A stretch of DNA of 61,055 nt, counting the filler. It is 5 parts of 5 records of this genome, joined end to end, with 100 filler letters (N's around TTAATTAATTAA, not from the genome) between each part and the next. Parts side by side here need not be neighbours in the genome. Positions count along the whole stretch, not along the records: positions 55,668 to 61,055 come from SRR31156797_8207; 4 more parts are not named here. One strand, 5' to 3'. Under the pieces are notes generated by a model that did not search any database, was not told the origin of the DNA, and saw only the letters and a list, made by a program, of their open reading frames with translations. Positions 59,638 to 61,055 of the stretch are shown in pieces (the stretch's first letter is position 1; the number at the start of each line of letters is the position of its first letter). Position numbers and translations under genes: made by a program.

Positions 59638-60950
59638 ATAAAAAAGGTGTGTACAACGTTCTTGTTTTTCCTGCGGGTTCAGAAATCGGAATTGAGATAT
59701 TTAATTCTTTGAAATACAATATTCACATAAACTTATTTGGAGCTTCAGGAAAAAAAGATCATTCAGAGTTTATATATAGGTCTGAAAACATTATTTTTGA
59801 TGACAATTTATACATTGATAAACACAACTTTGTTGAAAAGCTAAATGAAATAATAAAACGTCTGAAGATTGATATCATACTGCCAACCCATGACTCTGTT
59901 GCACTTTTTTTATCTGAGCACTGTGATGAGATCGAAGCAAAGGTGACCACATCGTCTTTCAATACAGCAGCAGTTGCTCGAAAAAAGAAGGTAATGTATA
60001 AAGAGCTTAAAGACTTTCCATTTTGTTTAAAAACATACTCAGATCAACTTGATGATTTACCGTTTCCGCTATTTTTAAAACCTGATGAGGGTCAGGGCGG
60101 GAAGGGCACTTTTTTTGTTGATTGTAAAGAAGACCTGTTAATTAAACTGAAAGAAAATCCCGACTTAATTATTTGTGAATATTTGCCAGGAGAAGAGCTG
60201 AGTGTTGATTGCTTCACAAACAAAAAAGGAGAGCTGTTATTTGTTGGCCCTAGAACGAGGGAGAGGGTCCAGATGGGAATATCTTTTCATTCATCTTCAG
60301 TTGCTCTGACAGAGGATGTAAGAGTTATTGCAGAGGCGATAAACAATAAGTTTGATATTAGAGGAACTTGGTTCTTTCAGGTTAAGAAGGACTCGAAAGG
60401 TGTTTTTAAATTATTGGAGTTTGCAGTGAGGCAAGCCAGTACAATGGGGTTGTTCAGACAGTTGGGAGTTAACTTTGCGCTTTTAAGTATTTTTGATGCT
60501 TTTGACATAGATGTTAAAATTCTAAATAACAACATGTTAGTTACTTTGGACAGATGCCTTTTTAACCGGTATGAGATGGATTTGAACTATCGTCGAGTTT
60601 ATATTGATTTTGATGATACCATTATTATTAATGAAAAAGTAAATACTTTAGCAGTTAAATACCTTTACCAGTGCAAGAACAACGGAATAAAAATAAGTCT
60701 AATCACTAAACATGAAGGTGATTTGCATAAATCTCTTAAGAACCACTGCATCAATGAAGACCTGTTTAATGAAATAATATGGCTTAAAATGGATGATGAT
60801 AAATCTGAATATATTGTGGATAATAAGTCTATCTTTATTGATAATTATTATTTTGATAGAGAAAAAGTTAAGGAAAAGTCCGGGATACCTGTTTTTGATG
60901 TTGATGCTATTGAATCACTTTCAAATATGAGAGGTTTTTGCAGTGATTAA
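59634..60950 (+). CDS. ATP-grasp protein with C-terminal HAD-like domain
   Basis: 'FLKPDEGQGGKG', 'EYLPGEE', then 'YIDFDDT' and 'FID'. Confidence 0.8.
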   Translation: MNKKGVYNVLVFPAGSEIGIEIFNSLKYNIHINLFGASGKKDHSEFIYRSENIIFDDNLYIDKHNFVEKLNEIIKRLKIDIILPTHDSVALFLSEHCDEIEAKVTTSSFNTAAVARKKKVMYKELKDFPFCLKTYSDQLDDLPFPLFLKPDEGQGGKGTFFVDCKEDLLIKLKENPDLIICEYLPGEELSVDCFTNKKGELLFVGPRTRERVQMGISFHSSSVALTEDVRVIAEAINNKFDIRGTWFFQVKKDSKGVFKLLEFAVRQASTMGLFRQLGVNFALLSIFDAFDIDVKILNNNMLVTLDRCLFNRYEMDLNYRRVYIDFDDTIIINEKVNTLAVKYLYQCKNNGIKISLITKHEGDLHKSLKNHCINEDLFNEIIWLKMDDDKSEYIVDNKSIFIDNYYFDREKVKEKSGIPVFDVDAIESLSNMRGFCSD

Positions 60951-61055
60951 ATGGAAAAAACTAGGAAGAGTTTTCAATCCGCTTGATCATAGCGGGTTTA
61001 GTTACATGAATACACATGCACAATCTCCGTCAGTTATTGTTTTTGACGACTTTAT
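60943..61055 (+). CDS. N-terminus of putative beta-propeller glycosylase-like protein (window edge)
   Basis: GTG start, MIKWKKLGRVF...HAQSPS, typical of genes in WbqC clusters. Confidence 0.55.
   Translation, partial: MIKWKKLGRVFNPLDHSGFSYMNTHAQSPSVIVFDDF

Noticed and set aside
1-61055. CRISPR arrays, tRNA/rRNA genes, intact transposases or integrases
   Set aside because: I saw no regularly spaced repeat-spacer array, cloverleaf, rRNA-like tract or transposase/integrase ORF by eye.

Overview
The window is not one locus. It is five unrelated contigs joined by artificial 100-nt spacers (N-run + TTAATTAATTAA + N-run) at 20164-20263, 38505-38604, 49232-49331 and 55568-55667. (1) 1-20163: AT-rich Bacteroidetes chromosome (probably Marinifilaceae-like) with lptF/G, fmt, a fadD-fadN-thiolase-ACAD beta-oxidation operon, an ECF sigma/anti-sigma module with a readable promoter motif, a VPS10/BNR-repeat protein, GH73-LysM, cdd, an RluA-family gene and a panB fragment. 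(2) 20264-38504: part of a large tailed phage, probably a myovirus, carrying tail/baseplate genes and a replication-recombination-transcription block (beta-clamp-like, 5'-3' exonuclease, RecU-like, Zn-ribbon sigma-like, Mor-like, HNH, RecA, HU-like, DnaC, DnaB, SNF2, DHH). (3) 38605-49231: probably Desulfobulbales-like DNA with an SsuABC-type ABC transporter, an MFS pump, an AsmA-like protein and two broken genes. (4) 49332-55567: probably Desulfobacterales-like TetR-controlled operon with a strongly divergent B12-dependent acyl-CoA mutase and beta-oxidation genes. (5) 55668-61055: a dTDP-viosamine/WbqC surface-polysaccharide cluster. The strongest unexplained signal is in the phage. A conserved non-canonical promoter-like motif, TTCTCTAA-N17-TACT(T/A), occurs 6 times exactly and once in degenerate form. 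In four cases its spacer or -10 region forms the 5' arm of a hairpin that would hide the downstream Shine-Dalgarno sequence in read-through mRNA. A second set of genes appears leaderless, with an ACTAT-like hexamer exactly 6 nt before the ATG. Together these suggest a promoter-gated translation system, possibly driven by the phage's own Zn-ribbon sigma-like factor. Protein and taxon assignments come from motif recognition only; no searches were run.
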